Origin: Phoronis australis
Lineage: Eukaryota > Animalia > Phoronida
Length of the DNA: 64,000 nucleotides
Direction of reading: 5' to 3'
NCBI GenBank assembly: GCA_002633005.1
Contig: NMRA01000241.1
Location: forward strand, 230,537-294,536
A program made the translations under genes and the position numbers. This document shows positions 13,701 to 43,592 of the stretch, in pieces (the first letter of the stretch is position 1; the number at the start of each line of letters is the position of its first letter). The notes beneath the pieces were generated by a model. That model was not told the origin of the DNA, ran no database searches, and worked only from the letters and a program-made list of their open reading frames with translations.

Positions 13701-16700
13701 CATGCATCTACTCATGTGGTAATAAAAAAAATAAAAATAATTGCAGGTGGTCTGGTACACGTTGTACGTGCGCAGATCGCGTATGTGTGCCCATTACACT
13801 GATCACCTGGAAATATTTTTGTGCTTTATTAATATATAGTTAAAACGGAGCTGAGGAGCTAGAAACCTGACTCAAGGGTCTAGCAGTGTGGCCAGTGTGA
13901 CTTAAACCCACGACCTCAAGAAAAGAAGGCGGGCACCATCACACTAGGCCACACTGCCTCCTCTCATGTGGTATTGTTGGATACAGGAATTTCCAGGTAT
14001 GAGAAAGATTGGACAGCATTCAATGGTAAGAAAACAACAAAGTTACATCTGGCGCCTTGGATAAAATCTGAGGTCACCAAATAAAGCTAAGCAAGTCAAA
14101 AATTCTTAATTCTGTAAATGTGTGTTAGGGTATCTCACTTTAAGACAGTGCTTTATATTTGATCTTAATAAATGGATGAGGAGCTGAAATTGGCCCTTTT
14201 GGACGGAATTTTGCCAAGTTATAATTCTTTTTCTTGAAAATTATTGTTAAATGCTCACATGGCAATTGAAGTTCTATTATTGCAGTAAATATGTTTTGAC
14301 TGCATGCCACACAAACAAAAATCAAGATCTCAAGAAAAAGTTAAAAAATACCCTTGAAATCAGCAATGGTCAGTAAAATTTCACGTTGGTGGCGATGACA
14401 ACTTCCCATACTGCATGCATTGTTCAACATCTTCAAGTTGATGGGAAATCAATTCATAGACTGATCAATCACAATTATATCATATTTCAAATGAAAGACA
14501 AAACCACAGTTTTAATTTTGCTGAGAAGGTGCCTACCATGTTCTTATGAAAAAGGTAGATAACAAGTAAATACAAGGAATTTTAAATATCTCATTTCTTT
14601 AACAATTTTTGAGTCTGGGGAATGTTTGTTGAAAAACAGTGATGAGGGGGGCAGGACAGCAATGTGCTTAGCTCAAACAATTCTTAGCATGGTCACTTCC
14701 TGCTGTCAAATACGCTTTTCCAAGCCCTTAGATTACTTCTAGTTGGCTTGAGGAACAACTGCATTTTACAATATAGGGGCATACCTAAGTGTCAAAAGCT
14801 CGGTAGGTAACAGACACAGAATCTCAGGACCCCCAGCCTTAAGTTAAGTCCACCCTTATTCAAGACTCAGAAGTCCTGTTTCGCATTGGTACAGCCAACC
14901 AACTTGCTGCAAAACATTGATCAAAATTCTTGCGTTTATTGTGCAGGTGTCACAAGCTATTCTGTGGTGGGAATTCCTACACTAGAAAGAAAATGTGCTC
15001 ATGCCGACAGAGTCCCTGCCATGCAAACGATAGACCAATTGGGACTTACACATCAAAGACTGACCAAACTTCTAAAACCTTTATAGGTCTCTGGATCCAC
15101 ACCGTGGCTAAGGGCATGCACGGTGTATATGCGAATACTTTCAATCATTTGTGTGACTTGCTTGGGCAAAGTCGTATGAGCTCTACAGTAAAATGCTGAT
15201 GCTGTAACGAGATGTCTTTAGAACGCATTGAGTTATTGTCTAATAAACAGCAAGGTAAAAATAATGTTTGTCATCATTGCCAGCCCCAAGGACATGTATT
15301 GTGCTGACATTATTTTAAACATTTCTTTTAGAAAAAGCATTTTCAGCATGCAAAGTATTCGAAAAGAGTACAGTATATCAGTAGTTATAAGATCAAAGCA
15401 TTGTTGGATAGTCATAGCATTAGCATTGCTCATGATGCAGCAAGTTTAACTTTTATTGTAAAAACACCACTAACACATAGAGCCACATAACTTGCTTTCC
15501 CTTTTACCCTCCATGCTCACAACTTGCTTACAATGTAAAAAACTACCCAATTTTGCTGACATATTTCTTTCTTTTTTACTTAAAATAAACTTTTCTATTT
15601 TGTAATATATTGTAGTTCATTCTTAAAAAATTAATTTAGACAGCTGCTGTGAAAGTAGATATGCTTTTTCGCTAAAAGTAATGTTAAGTTGACACAGTAA
15701 GGTGATTTATAATACATGCCACTAATAAAAAGGTCATTTGAACAGTTTTACATGACACCATCATGCCTCTTGGGAACTTTGAAACCGAGTGAATATGGGG
15801 TTCACAATTGCGACAAAACACCGAGGCAAGGTGCTAACTATGTTCTGGTTAAATGCCATTAATGACACGACTGTGATGAGACCTCTCTTACTAGGATGCC
15901 ATGTTGTTGATTCAACTCAAAATTTAGTTTCCACGCCTTTACCATTCTGAAAACTACTGAAACAAAACTCTTACTTAACTTCATACAGAAGAACAAAAGA
16001 CTGTCAAACCGCTTAGAAAATTCGCTCACCACCTAGGCGACCACCCAGTAAACTTATACTCGCTCAGCTCCTTTTTAGTTGCATTGGTGACTGGGCGAGT
16101 GACGAAGAATATTTCAGTCATGGTCAGTGGTCTAATTAAAAATTTTAATTTTTTGCTAAAGGGGGATTACAGCAGCTTAACTAAGCCACTCCTAAGGAGT
16201 TTTCCCCCCTTTGTAATACAGTTATTGTATATGTCAGCCTGTCAATAAGAATGAGTTCCAAAACAAAACAATGATGATAATTGACCATTCTTCTAGGTTT
16301 CCTCCACTGAAGACCCAGATTAAACAGTTGAACCGCAGAAGGCAATCTCCTTCTTTCTTTCCGTACCACAAACAATTCCTTCAATCTCATGCAAGAAAAG
16401 AACTTTCAATAGCTATTTGATCTTTGCTTTTAAAATGTGGCCTAGTAGTGTACACTAGTAATAGTATTGTATTTAACTCAACTGCCTGCATAAAGGAACA
16501 AAGTTAATTTACAACTACGTCTAAATTTTGTTTTCATCACTGCCTGATACTTTCGACAGTTCTGGGAAGATTTACCTATAAGCTGCCATGTGGCAACTAT
16601 GATGTACTTAACGCAAAGTCAATGGTAATGTAATAAAAGAGCTGTATCATGACTTCCAGTTGTGCCATGCTATAAAGCCTTTCCAAACTGCATGCCAGTT

Positions 16701-19700
16701 GACAATTGCTAATTTAGGCCATCGCTTTAGACATATGACTAGCACGTTGACGTCACATCCCTTGGCGCTAGGCACCATGTAGCCCCTCGGCTGGCCATGC
16801 AGGGGCTACAATACTCCACATCAATTTCTGTACGAATTTCATCTTGTTCAATTTAAATGGGTGGTAGAAAAATCCGCTAACCGAATGAGAGGTTTTCATC
16901 ACATCAAAAATACATTTAATGCTTAAAATTATCACTTAAAAACATGGTTATTTTCTTCAGCGATCTGTTCTGGTTCTAAACATATCTTCGATGAAGCATG
17001 TCTTCGGAAATTAAGACGACTTTGGTGAAGAGTTCCAACTCCACATTTTGGTCTTCACTGCATGCGATAACCACAAGGTATTTCAACTGGTGTCATGTGA
17101 GTTAGGTAAGGACAAGCATGATACTGAACGAAATGTGCAACCTGGCGCATGACACAAAATATCAGGTGGAATCAGTGTTCTCCACATCTGAAAATCTAAA
17201 CAGGTCGCACGCGTAAAAACTGCAACGTGCCGGAACCGCGCGGTGGTCAACGTTCTCCATAAGCTAGTGTGCACCTAATTTTTACCCACGCATTTTAATA
17301 GTAATACACAGTAGACATAGGCGGATTTGGGGGGGGGCAGGCCAACCTTGGCTGCCGCAAAAAAATAAAACGGCAAGAGCGTAGGGAAATGTTGAGTTTA
17401 TTAATTAACCCCAGTAATTAAAATTATATGGATGAAACAAGATTTAAATGTGTGCAGTTTAATTGTGTGCAGTTTTAGTATTGGGGGGGGGGGCTCAGAT
17501 CCAATTTCAAGTGTCAAATTCGTATCGGTGCTATGGCTAAGTATAGGCTCTCCCGGGGTATCCCAGGCGACCGGCAGTGGTGCTGCGCCCTACGACTCCG
17601 TTTCCGTCGTCTGCTCCACTGTGCAATGAAGAAAATTTACTTCATTTCTTAAAGAGAATGGAACCTGAGTGACGATGAAAAACCAGAAGCTGCTGGTAAG
17701 ATGTGAATTTTAATCGAAACCTTAGTGAATCACTCAGAAACTCATAATTTCTCTTTGTCAAACCTTAACTTAAGACGATTTTCAAAGCAATCCCGCATTA
17801 TTGCCAACACGAAAAATGGATTTGGTCTTTTGGGCATTTGAAGGCTATTTTAAATACAACAAATTTGTTAAGAACCGATTGCACAAAATATAAAACGTGT
17901 AATAAGCATAACAAAAAGAAGTTGGTTTCGCGCGCAAATGCTATGGACCATGAACAAGTAGGTCTTTTAGTAAACGTATAGTAGTTAAATCGGGGTGGTG
18001 AAGTGGTAAAACGCGCGCTCCATCCGCCAGGTAGTGGGTTCGAGTCTGTGGTTCTTGCAGTTTTTCCTGTTTGACACGTTCTCCGTGTTTTTTTGCCTTT
18101 TTTTCTTGGATAATACTTCAGGAATCAAAGAAAATGCTTGTTTTTTAGAGGAAAAAACAGAAAAGTTACCTGCTATACGCATCTACAATCGTGGTTTGCG
18201 CAAATGCTTACAGCCGGGCAAAATGTTGGCCCCCCCCTTGTGACATTCTAGATCCACCACTGGTAGTGCAACCAAATAACTGTTTATTCAACTTTTTATT
18301 CATTTGTATTGCTGATGTCTAACGTTGTTGACAAAAATTCGGTTTGTACCGTTCGTGACACGGATATTTGCGATTTGTTGACCGAGCCCGGCAATATCAC
18401 CACCATCCGGTCCTGGATTATCTGTCGTATCTGCATCTGAGTCAACGTCAGTATCTGAAACATCTCTCGGTTTTTAAAATAATCCTTAGGCTTAGCAGTC
18501 CTTCGCCTTCCCGCGGCAGACGACATTTCTTAGTATGTAGAATGCGCATGTCAATTGGTAACGGAAGCCAGGATAGAATTCACTAATGTAAGGACCATGC
18601 GAGGTAAACAAGACTTTGTGAGATTACGTGAGATATTACCGTGTGACTTCAATGGGAGCACGTGACTTTGGCTACAATTTCTCAGCGCGACACATATATT
18701 TTGAACTTTACTCAGTGACGTCATCCGCTGTCCCAATTCTCGGAATACTACCCCCGAAATCGCAAACGTCACGCACGGGCACCGAAGTTGAGTTTGCACA
18801 CGCTTGGCAGATTTTTTAAAGGGAGTATGCGCCCTAGGTGTAATATTCATGCTACCTACGAAACTCCTTATATGGCAACGAGATGAACTCGGTCAATCTC
18901 AATGGTCTGTTGCACCAAAAGTAACCAATAATATTCATCTACGTGAGAAATACACAAACAACAACCAATGAGAACCATGAAAAGCAGTTTCATGCAAATG
19001 TTTGTTGAGACTGGTAGTGGTAAAATCTGTGTCGTGTGGCCCAAACAATATTGAAAAATGTGCTACGAAAACCAAAATTCTGGCCTCCCAGAAGACAGCT
19101 GTAGTCTAAACTGCTGCGCAGCGATGTCTTTGCTGACAACATATACTTCGCTGGCAACATATACTTCACTGGCAACATATACTTCGCTGGCAACATATAC
19201 TTCCCAGAACCAACCACCAAGTTTTAATTATTTTCAATGGGTAATATGATTAGTTGTCCGCCAAACACAAAAAGGTGACTTCAAATGTGAATAGGCCTAG
19301 GGTAGGACTAATGATCAGCGACTTTAGTGTGGGACTGCACCTCCAGTGAGCAGGTAGTAGATTAGGCATATAGGTACCACTGGGCCTTTGTTTAAATTCA
19401 ATTGACTGTAACTAGTTGTTGGAGGTGAATTAAATAGATAATTGAGGTATTATTTACTCGCTGCGTTACACCATAAAGAGACTAGCTGCCCAGTCTGCAG
19501 CTTGAGTGAGACCGGTGATTAGGCTGTCCACTTGGCTTTTATTCATTTTCAATGGGCTATGGCCAGTTGCTGTCAAGCGTGATTTGAACCAATGAGGACC
19601 TTATTAATGAGGACAACACCTTTTTTACAAAGTAGTCCCTATATGTTTAAACTGGTGGCGGGATTTTTAAACAGGACGCGGGACATTTAAACAGGACGCG

Positions 19701-22700
19701 CGTTCAGCCAAACAGGACGCTGCGACACGTTAAAAGTGGTTGTGGAGAACCCTGGGTGGAATAGTACGATTTGTGTCCTTAAACGTATAAGTTATTGGTC
19801 GTTAACAGGCGTGATTTCATGTAACTTCCTCAAAATGGCAACTGGTGAGGGAAGGTTGAGTGAGCCGCGACAGATTTTCATGGATATGTTCAAATTACGT
19901 TGACTAATTGTCTCCACAGTCATAGTATGTGTTAATTATAACTCCATGTATATATATATATGCATGTTTCATTCAATATTATTCACTGTATTTTGAGATA
20001 AGTAACTTTTTATGAGGATGTACTATTGTCCCTGTATGCCAGCGGCATTACAGGGTGATGTAATTGCCTAACTTGGTGCGAGCCCATTGGGCAACTGGTC
20101 ATTTTTACACTGCAACTGAAGAAAGGACCATTTGAAAAAGGTTGATTATGGGAGTTTTTGTTAGAGCTGAGAAGAGTTAAAGAGACCAACGGCCTTATAA
20201 GTGACCATCTATGAGTAAAAGGCATTTATAGCATGGCTTTGTCTTTGATGATTTAGCCTCTGGCCTATTAGATGACTACCATCTTTACTGGGTCCAGTTG
20301 AAATGATGGTACTGTCTAACCACATACACTCTGTTGACAGCTGTTTGATGTGATATTATTACAGCATATAACGTGATGGAAAAGGTTTTTCAAGACTACC
20401 CCACATAGCCCATTGAAACTGAATAAAGGCTAAGTAAGTGGTCAGTTGTGGACAGCCTAATCACTGGTCTCACTCAAGCGGCAGACCGGACAGCTAGTCT
20501 ATTTATGGTGTAACGCGGCGTGTAAATAATCTCTCAGTTATCTTTTCAATTCATCTAGTCATAGTCAACTGAACTTAAACAAAGGCACAGTGCTACCTAT
20601 ACGCCTAACCCACTACCTGCTCACTGGAGGTGCAGTCCGGCACGAAAGTCGCTGATCGTTAGCCCTAAGTTAGACTTATTCGCTTTTTTTGTGTTCGGCG
20701 GACAACTGATAATATTACCCAACGAAATTAATTAAGGCTCAGTGATTAGTTCTGCGAAGAAAATGTTGTCAGCAAAGACACCGTTGCGCACCACTTTATA
20801 CAATGGCCGTCTTCTGGGAGGCCAGAATTTTGATTTTCGTAGCACATTTTTCTATATTCCGTGGCCCCCAGGACACAGACTTTGCCGATACCAGTCTCAA
20901 CAAACATTTGCATGAAACTGCTTTTTATGGCTTTCATTGGTTGTTGTTTGTGTATTTCTCACTTAGATGAATATTATTGGTTACTTTTGGTGCCACCGGC
21001 CCATTGAGATGGATTGAGTTCATCTCGTTGCCTTATAAGGAGTTTCGTTGGCAGCATGAACATTATATTTGTGGTGCATACTCCCTCTAAAAATCTGACA
21101 AGCCGTTTGCAAACTAAACTTTGGTGGTGGCTGTGCGTGACGTTTGTGGTTTCGGGGGAGTATTCCGAGATTTGGGACAGCGGGTGACGTCACTGAGTAA
21201 AGTTCAAAATATATGTGTCTCGCGCTGAGAAATTGTAGCTCTCATTGAAATCAAGTGGTAATATCTCGCGTAATCTCGCAGTCTTGTTTACCTAGCGTAG
21301 TCCTTACGTAAGTGAATTCTATCCTCGCTTGCATTACCGATTGACATGCGCATTCTACATACTTAGTAATGTCATCTGCTGCGGGAAGGCGAAGAATTGC
21401 TAAGATTAAGGATTATTTTAAAAACCGAGAGATGTTTCAGATATTGACGTTGACTCAGATGCAGATACGACAGGTAATCCAGGGCCGGATGGTGGTGATA
21501 TTGCCGGGATCGGTCAACGAATCGCAAATATCCATGTCACGAACAGTGAATCGAATTTTTGCCGACAACGTCAGACATCGGCAGTACAAATGAATACAAT
21601 TCGCCCTAACTTGAGAATAGATGGTTTCATCTGGAAGAATGAGTTTGTGACAAAACTGAAAATTATGGGAATTCCATAATTGCAAGCGTTTGATAATCCA
21701 GTTAATATCTTAGAAATATTGGTTGTCATCAACGGGTCTCCCACCCCCGTCCAAGCAGATGGAAAACGCACGTAAATTGTTTTGTTTACTCTACCTAATT
21801 TGCATTCATAAGGGAGGACTCGCATAATGTGCAGTTTTTACAGGAGTTCCGGTAGTGCAGAAGTTTAATGTTGTACCAGCTTCAGAACATCGAATTCAAA
21901 CTATAAGAATGCTGTGCAAGACATTACACTTACAGACTGAGGGAAAACGTATACATAAAAATGTGACTGACTTTACAAAAACACTTCACTTGGACTGCCA
22001 AGACTTTTGTGTTAGACTTTTTGTACTTAGTTGACATTGACATCACAATTATTGAGTAGCCTAAAACATTTCCCCATACTGCATCAAACACGTCTGTAGA
22101 CTTTCAAAGCCATTGACTAAACAAATGGGTTATGACATATGTGATATGTTTGTAAAGAAGTCCAACTTTTAAAAATAATAAGTTGAATAAACACAGTTAT
22201 TTTTTGCACTACTGTGCATTGCTATTAATAATAATATACATGGGTAATAATAAGGTGCACATAAAAGTGCACATTAGCTTATAAAATGGAGAACGTTGAC
22301 CGCTGCGCGGTTCCGGCACGTTGCAGTTTTTACACGTGTGACCTGTTTAGATTTTCAGATGTAGAGAACACTGAGAAGTCTTGCGTTGTATACCAGCTGT
22401 CGTGCAAGGAGGACCCCACCCATCAATACATAGGGGAAACCAAACGCACCCTAGGGACAAGGATGAGGGAACACTCCAAAATGGACAGAGCCACAGGTGT
22501 AGGGGAACACCCTCTCAACACTGTACACACCATCGACAAGTGCAATGCCTGAATCCTTGCCAGAGAAGAACACTGGTACTCAAGCAAGGTCAAGGAGGCT
22601 GTCTACATTAAAACCAGATGCCCCAATTTGAATAGAAATCAAGGGTTATAGCTCTCAGCCGTGTACGACCTCATTCAAAAACCAGGCCAACCTGATGCGG

Positions 22701-23341
22701 GAAATCCAGTTAGTGAACAAGGCCCTTACTCACCTTACTGGCCTTAGTTAGAGAGAGGGCGGAAACGTCTGACTCAACAGACTTTTGTGTTTTTTAGTAA
22801 GCAATTTAGCCATTTAACATAGTATATAACGTCGAGCGGCTGCTAAGAGATGGTGATGCTCCCTTAGGACCTTCATACGCTGGAATCTTTTCGGCAAATT
22901 ATGCCTTACACTGATTAGACTATCCCATTGCTTTGAGTACTTTTTGCGTATAGACGGACACCGGCTTAGGACTAAGAGGTCTTCGATGTCTTTCCAACTC
23001 AAACAAATAGTCCCATAATCAACTTTTTTCAAGTAGTCCTTCATTAAGTTGCCCAAATTGGCAACTGGCCATTTTTACACTGTTTGCACCAGGAGATACG
23101 ACGTCATACTAACACTGTCTTCTGATTAAAAGTGCATGTGCTCACTGACTTGCGAGATGCCGACAGGAGACAGGACAAAATCCGTTCATTTTTTCAGTCG
23201 TTACCTACTGTTTGTGTGCTCAAGTGGACAGCTTCACAAATTTCCTACAAAATTTTTTACCTTTTCTAGAACAACACACAAGTACCCACCTACGCCGTGT
23301 TGCTTTCTACAGAAAATTAAATCGGGATGATGCTTCGCCAT
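7631..23341 (-). CDS. PHF5A: PHD finger-like domain-containing protein 5A (SF3b14b/Rds3), complete spliced CDS complement(join(7631..7720,9992..10182,23290..23341)), 110 aa
   Basis: The spliced translation [110 protein letters not shown] is nearly identical to known PHF5A. All introns are GT-AG. Exons 52+191+90 = 333 nt. Confidence 0.98.
7886..7937. repeat. (AAT/AAC)n microsatellite
   Basis: taataataacaataacaataacaataataata...aataataataataataa. Confidence 0.85.
8141..8787. repeat. 54-bp minisatellite, about 12 near-identical copies, in PHF5A intron 2
   Basis: Unit CTATTCAATATACTCTCATACCAGTGTCAGGTACATACTTGTGTGGTGGGTGCC; only the last two copies carry a G>C variant. Confidence 0.97.
9992..10182 (-). 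CDS. PHF5A: PHF5A coding exon 2
   Basis: Acceptor ttgcttcag|CC ATT GGT and donor GAG AAA GAT|gtaagt; encodes the zinc-knot cysteines. Confidence 0.97.
13722..13962 (-). mobile_element. Full-length tRNA-derived SINE with 11-bp TSD
   Basis: The minus strand starts GGAGGCAGTGTGGCCTAGTG (A box) and has GGTTTAAGTC (B box) and a TTATT-type tail. TSD CTCATGTGGTA at 13711-13721 and 13963-13973. Confidence 0.85.
17316..18262. mobile_element. MITE nested in hAT copy 1 (CATAGGCGGAT...ATCCACCACTG), probable 5-bp TSD
   Basis: Absent from hAT copy 2, whose empty site reads CACAGTAGTGCAA. Flanks here are GTAGA/GTAGT. G-run and C-run subterminal tracts. Confidence 0.75.
17991..18065 (+). pseudogene. tRNA-like (A box/B box) relic inside the MITE
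   Basis: GGTGAAGTGGTAAA ... GGTTCGAGTC followed by TTTTT; no complete cloverleaf. Confidence 0.5.
19132..19204. repeat. 18-bp tandem repeat x4
   Basis: CTGGCAACATATACTTC(G/A), expanded only in hAT copy 1. Confidence 0.85.
20403..22373 (-). mobile_element. hAT element A, copy 2, inverted and truncated at one end
   Basis: Its reverse complement aligns to 17173-17315 and 18263-19562. TIR TGTAGAGAACACTG ends at 22373. It has about 570 bp (21598-22170) that copy 1 lacks. Confidence 0.85.
22374..22820 (+). mobile_element. Penelope-like element 3' fragment (GIY-YIG endonuclease relic plus pseudo-LTR tail)
   Basis: [32 protein letters not shown] ... [18 protein letters not shown] with a stop; tail GAGGGCGGAAACGTCTGACTC. 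Confidence 0.85.
22842..23100. mobile_element. Half-copy of foldback MITE C
   Basis: Aligns to the arms of 25921-26352 (CTTCATACG..GCAAATTATGCCT..CCCAAATTGGCAACTGGCC). A third degenerate copy lies at about 20060-20290. Confidence 0.65.
23290..23341 (-). CDS. PHF5A: PHF5A coding exon 1
   Basis: ATG GCG AAG CAT CAT CCC GAT...GGC GTA G|gtgggt gives [17 protein letters not shown]. Confidence 0.96.
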
Positions 23342-23604
23342 AGCCGCTAAAACGGAAGTCGACTTTGTGTGATTCAGCAATAGTTATTTAGCGTACAGAA
23401 AATATATTAATTTCAGCTAGTTCGCTAAATTTTATACCACACAAATTGGACACGGCAAATTATCGTGAAAATAATCTACTATGAGATAAAATTTCATACT
23501 TCTTCATTTTGTTTGGAACATGCAACTTTATAAGTAACTTTATCATTATTAAGGCACCTACATGCTGCACTGCGTTGTGACTAAAATTTTTCCGGTCTTG
23601 AAAA
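23342..23604. promoter_or_regulatory. Bidirectional promoter shared by PHF5A and DDX47
   Basis: There are 263 bp between the divergent ATGs. ETS-like CGGAAGT at 23353-23359 and TTCCGG at 23590-23595 each lie next to a start codon. Confidence 0.8.
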
Positions 23605-41162
<17,558 letters not shown>

Positions 41163-42311
41163 ATCTTGACTATACTTGTATGTTTGGTGTCCATGGAAAT
41201 TTAAATTGTTTTATTTTGATACCCTGTAGTTTGATAATCAACTAGCGTATGCCAGTTAAAATGCAAGTATAAAAGAAACTACAGAAGTCAACTCAAATTT
41301 TTGTATCGTCCTGTACATGGAAATGAAAATATAAGTTGGCTGCAACAACATATCTTTATTATCACCCTAACATTTTTTAGTGCAATCAATTAAAATACAG
41401 GCACACGATGAGTTTTTAAATTTTAAACTTCATTTCAAAATGGACTAAATTCTCAATTCTTCATTTTAAATGGGCATTTGCCAAGCTTGAAAGCATCGTT
41501 TGCAGTTATTACCACCTACTGCACATACAAGACTTATGTTTACAGGTATCTTCATGACCCTTAAATCCTGAATTGCAAATTACCGCTTTTTGTTTTTGAA
41601 GGAACAGGGCATATGATAAAATTCTGAATTAGCTTGGATCCAGTTAAGCACCTGCACTTTTAACTTGCCAAATGCCACTTTTTCAAATCGCAATTTTAAA
41701 TCTAGTTACAGTCTTGATCAAAATTTAAAACAAATTTATAAAAATAAAACATTTACCAAACTTCATATATCAAAACGCACATTTAAACAATAACCAGCAT
41801 GCACCAGTTTTCACAAGAAGGATACTAAACATTCAATATGACACGATTAGAAAAAACACACTTTTTGAAAACAGCTATGCCAATTATAACCGTATTTTAT
41901 GCCCTGATGGCCATGCTTTCATTCCTTTTTACTTGAAGACGAGAAGTGCAGCCAAAGTGTATATACTAAGTGTAGAGCACAGCCTGTACTTTTTATACAC
42001 ACTTTTTGATGGACCCATCATGGAAGCATCATAAATGAACAAATGGACCACAATGAACTTGATTATAGTGGCCAGATGTTCTGTAGAACAATCAAGCAAC
42101 AGTCTTAAAAAGGGTAGTCAACAGTTTGAATACAAATGACTAACTAGGAACTATCACAGCCTAAATGGATTTGACTGGTAGGCAAACACAGGGTCCTCGC
42201 CACTACAGTATAAATAACAGCATATCTTGTACCAACTGTAAAACGTACAAAACTATAGAATGTTCCAAAAATGTCAACAAAAATACTCTGGAATAAAAAT
42301 ACCAAAATGAC

Positions 42312-43390
42312 TGGGTGCCGAAATCAATGCTTGCAAGAATCATTGAAATTGCTCATGAAGGCCATCAAGGCATTGTAAAAACTAAAAACCGTCTACGAAC
42401 GAAAGTTTGGTGGCCTAAGATGGACTCTGAAGTGGAACGAATATGTAGGTCATGTCATGGATGTCAAATCGTGGCAGGGGAGTTTGCACCACCTTAGCCA
42501 ATGCAGTGAACGGAATCACCGACTGGGCCTTGGCAAGACTTGGCCATTGACTTATTGGGCCCATTGCCCAGTGGCAATTATTCGAGGCTTATCTTAGTGA
42601 ACGTGGAATTGAACATCAAGTCTCCCCTCCATTATGGCCTCAAACCAATGGAGAGGTAGAACGACAAAATCGTACTTTGCTGAAATCTATCAAGATTGCT
42701 GCGCTCGAAGGCAAAGATTGGAGAAATGAACTACAGGGTTTCTTGTTAGCGTATCGATCAACATCGCATTCGAACACGGGTGCTTCCCCGAAATTTCTTA
42801 TGTTTGGGCAGGAAATTCAGACAAGATTGCCTGAACTACGACCAGATGCCCATGTGACTCTCGAGAATGTTCGTGATCGAGACTGGTGTAAGAAACTTGA
42901 AGGGAAATCGTACAGTGATGAAAAGAGATTTGCAACGAAAAACGATTTAACTCTTGGGACAAGTGTGTTACTCAGGAACACTAAATCGTCTAGGAAATTA
43001 GATCCCAAATTTGAAGCAGAACCTTACGTTCTTAAGAAGGAAGGACATACAATGACTGTAGAAGGTCTACAGGGAACCTTCACCAGAGACAGTTCATTTG
43101 TAAAACCATTCGTTGAACGCGAGACTGCACCAGAGTCATCTTCATCTACTGAGCCATCAGGCAAACTGCAACGGAGTATGGAACGACCAAAACGAACTAT
43201 TAAAGACCCATCACGATTTGATGACTTTCTTTTAAACAAGTAGTTAATCATAGTGACATTGGACATTTTAGAAAGTTTAATAACTGTTGTGTTTAAGTGG
43301 TTCTAGAGATTTTACACAACCATGAACGTTTAACTTAGTCCTAAGTTTGAAAGATTTTCCAGTTGCTCTCATGTTTAAGGGGGGAGGGAA
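42312..43390 (+). mobile_element. Gypsy/Ty3 LTR retrotransposon integrase relic (pseudogene) with polypurine tract
   Basis: HHCC zinc domain AHEGHQGIVKTKNRLRTKVWWPKMDSEVERICRSCHGCQ; PWQDLAIDLLGPLPSG; PLWPQTNGEVERQNRTL. Contains stops and an internal deletion of the rve core. PPT AAGGGGGGAGGGAA ends at 43390. Confidence 0.9.
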
Positions 43391-43592
43391 TGTAGTGTAT
43401 TGACTTTAGTCGTACTCATGTTTTATGTAGAATAGAAACCTAAGTCCTAAGCATGTTTTATGCGGAACAGGATGTAAAGAGCACTTTCGGTTTAGCCACC
43501 ATGTTGGCAAGTTTGTAGCTTTGTTCAGTGTAGAATAAATCCTTGATTATCTTAACCATCTGGGTTGTTGATGTCTAACCAAAGATCCAACA
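43391..43592 (+). mobile_element. 3' LTR of the Gypsy relic
   Basis: Starts TGT immediately after the PPT, has AATAAA at 43534-43539 and ends ACA. Confidence 0.72.

Larger units (their letters stand above)
17173..19754 (+). mobile_element. Non-autonomous hAT element A, copy 1, with 8-bp TSD
   Basis: TIR CAGTGTTCTCCACA / TGTGGAGAACCCTG. Perfect TSD GGTGGAAT at 17165-17172 and 19755-19762. Three subterminal AAACAGGACGC repeats near the right end. Confidence 0.88.
16765..20045 (+). mobile_element. Non-autonomous element B (16765-17172 plus 19755-20045), split by the hAT insertion
   Basis: Both halves align colinearly to the reverse complement of 25210-25918. Confidence 0.75.

Noticed and set aside
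17991-18065. Functional tRNA gene (also considered at 45314-45390)
   Set aside because: No proper acceptor or anticodon stems, and both sit inside repeats.
42677-43243. 188-aa ORF as a host or domesticated gene
   Set aside because: It is the C-terminal part of a Gypsy integrase, with upstream stops and a deleted catalytic segment, followed by a PPT and LTR.
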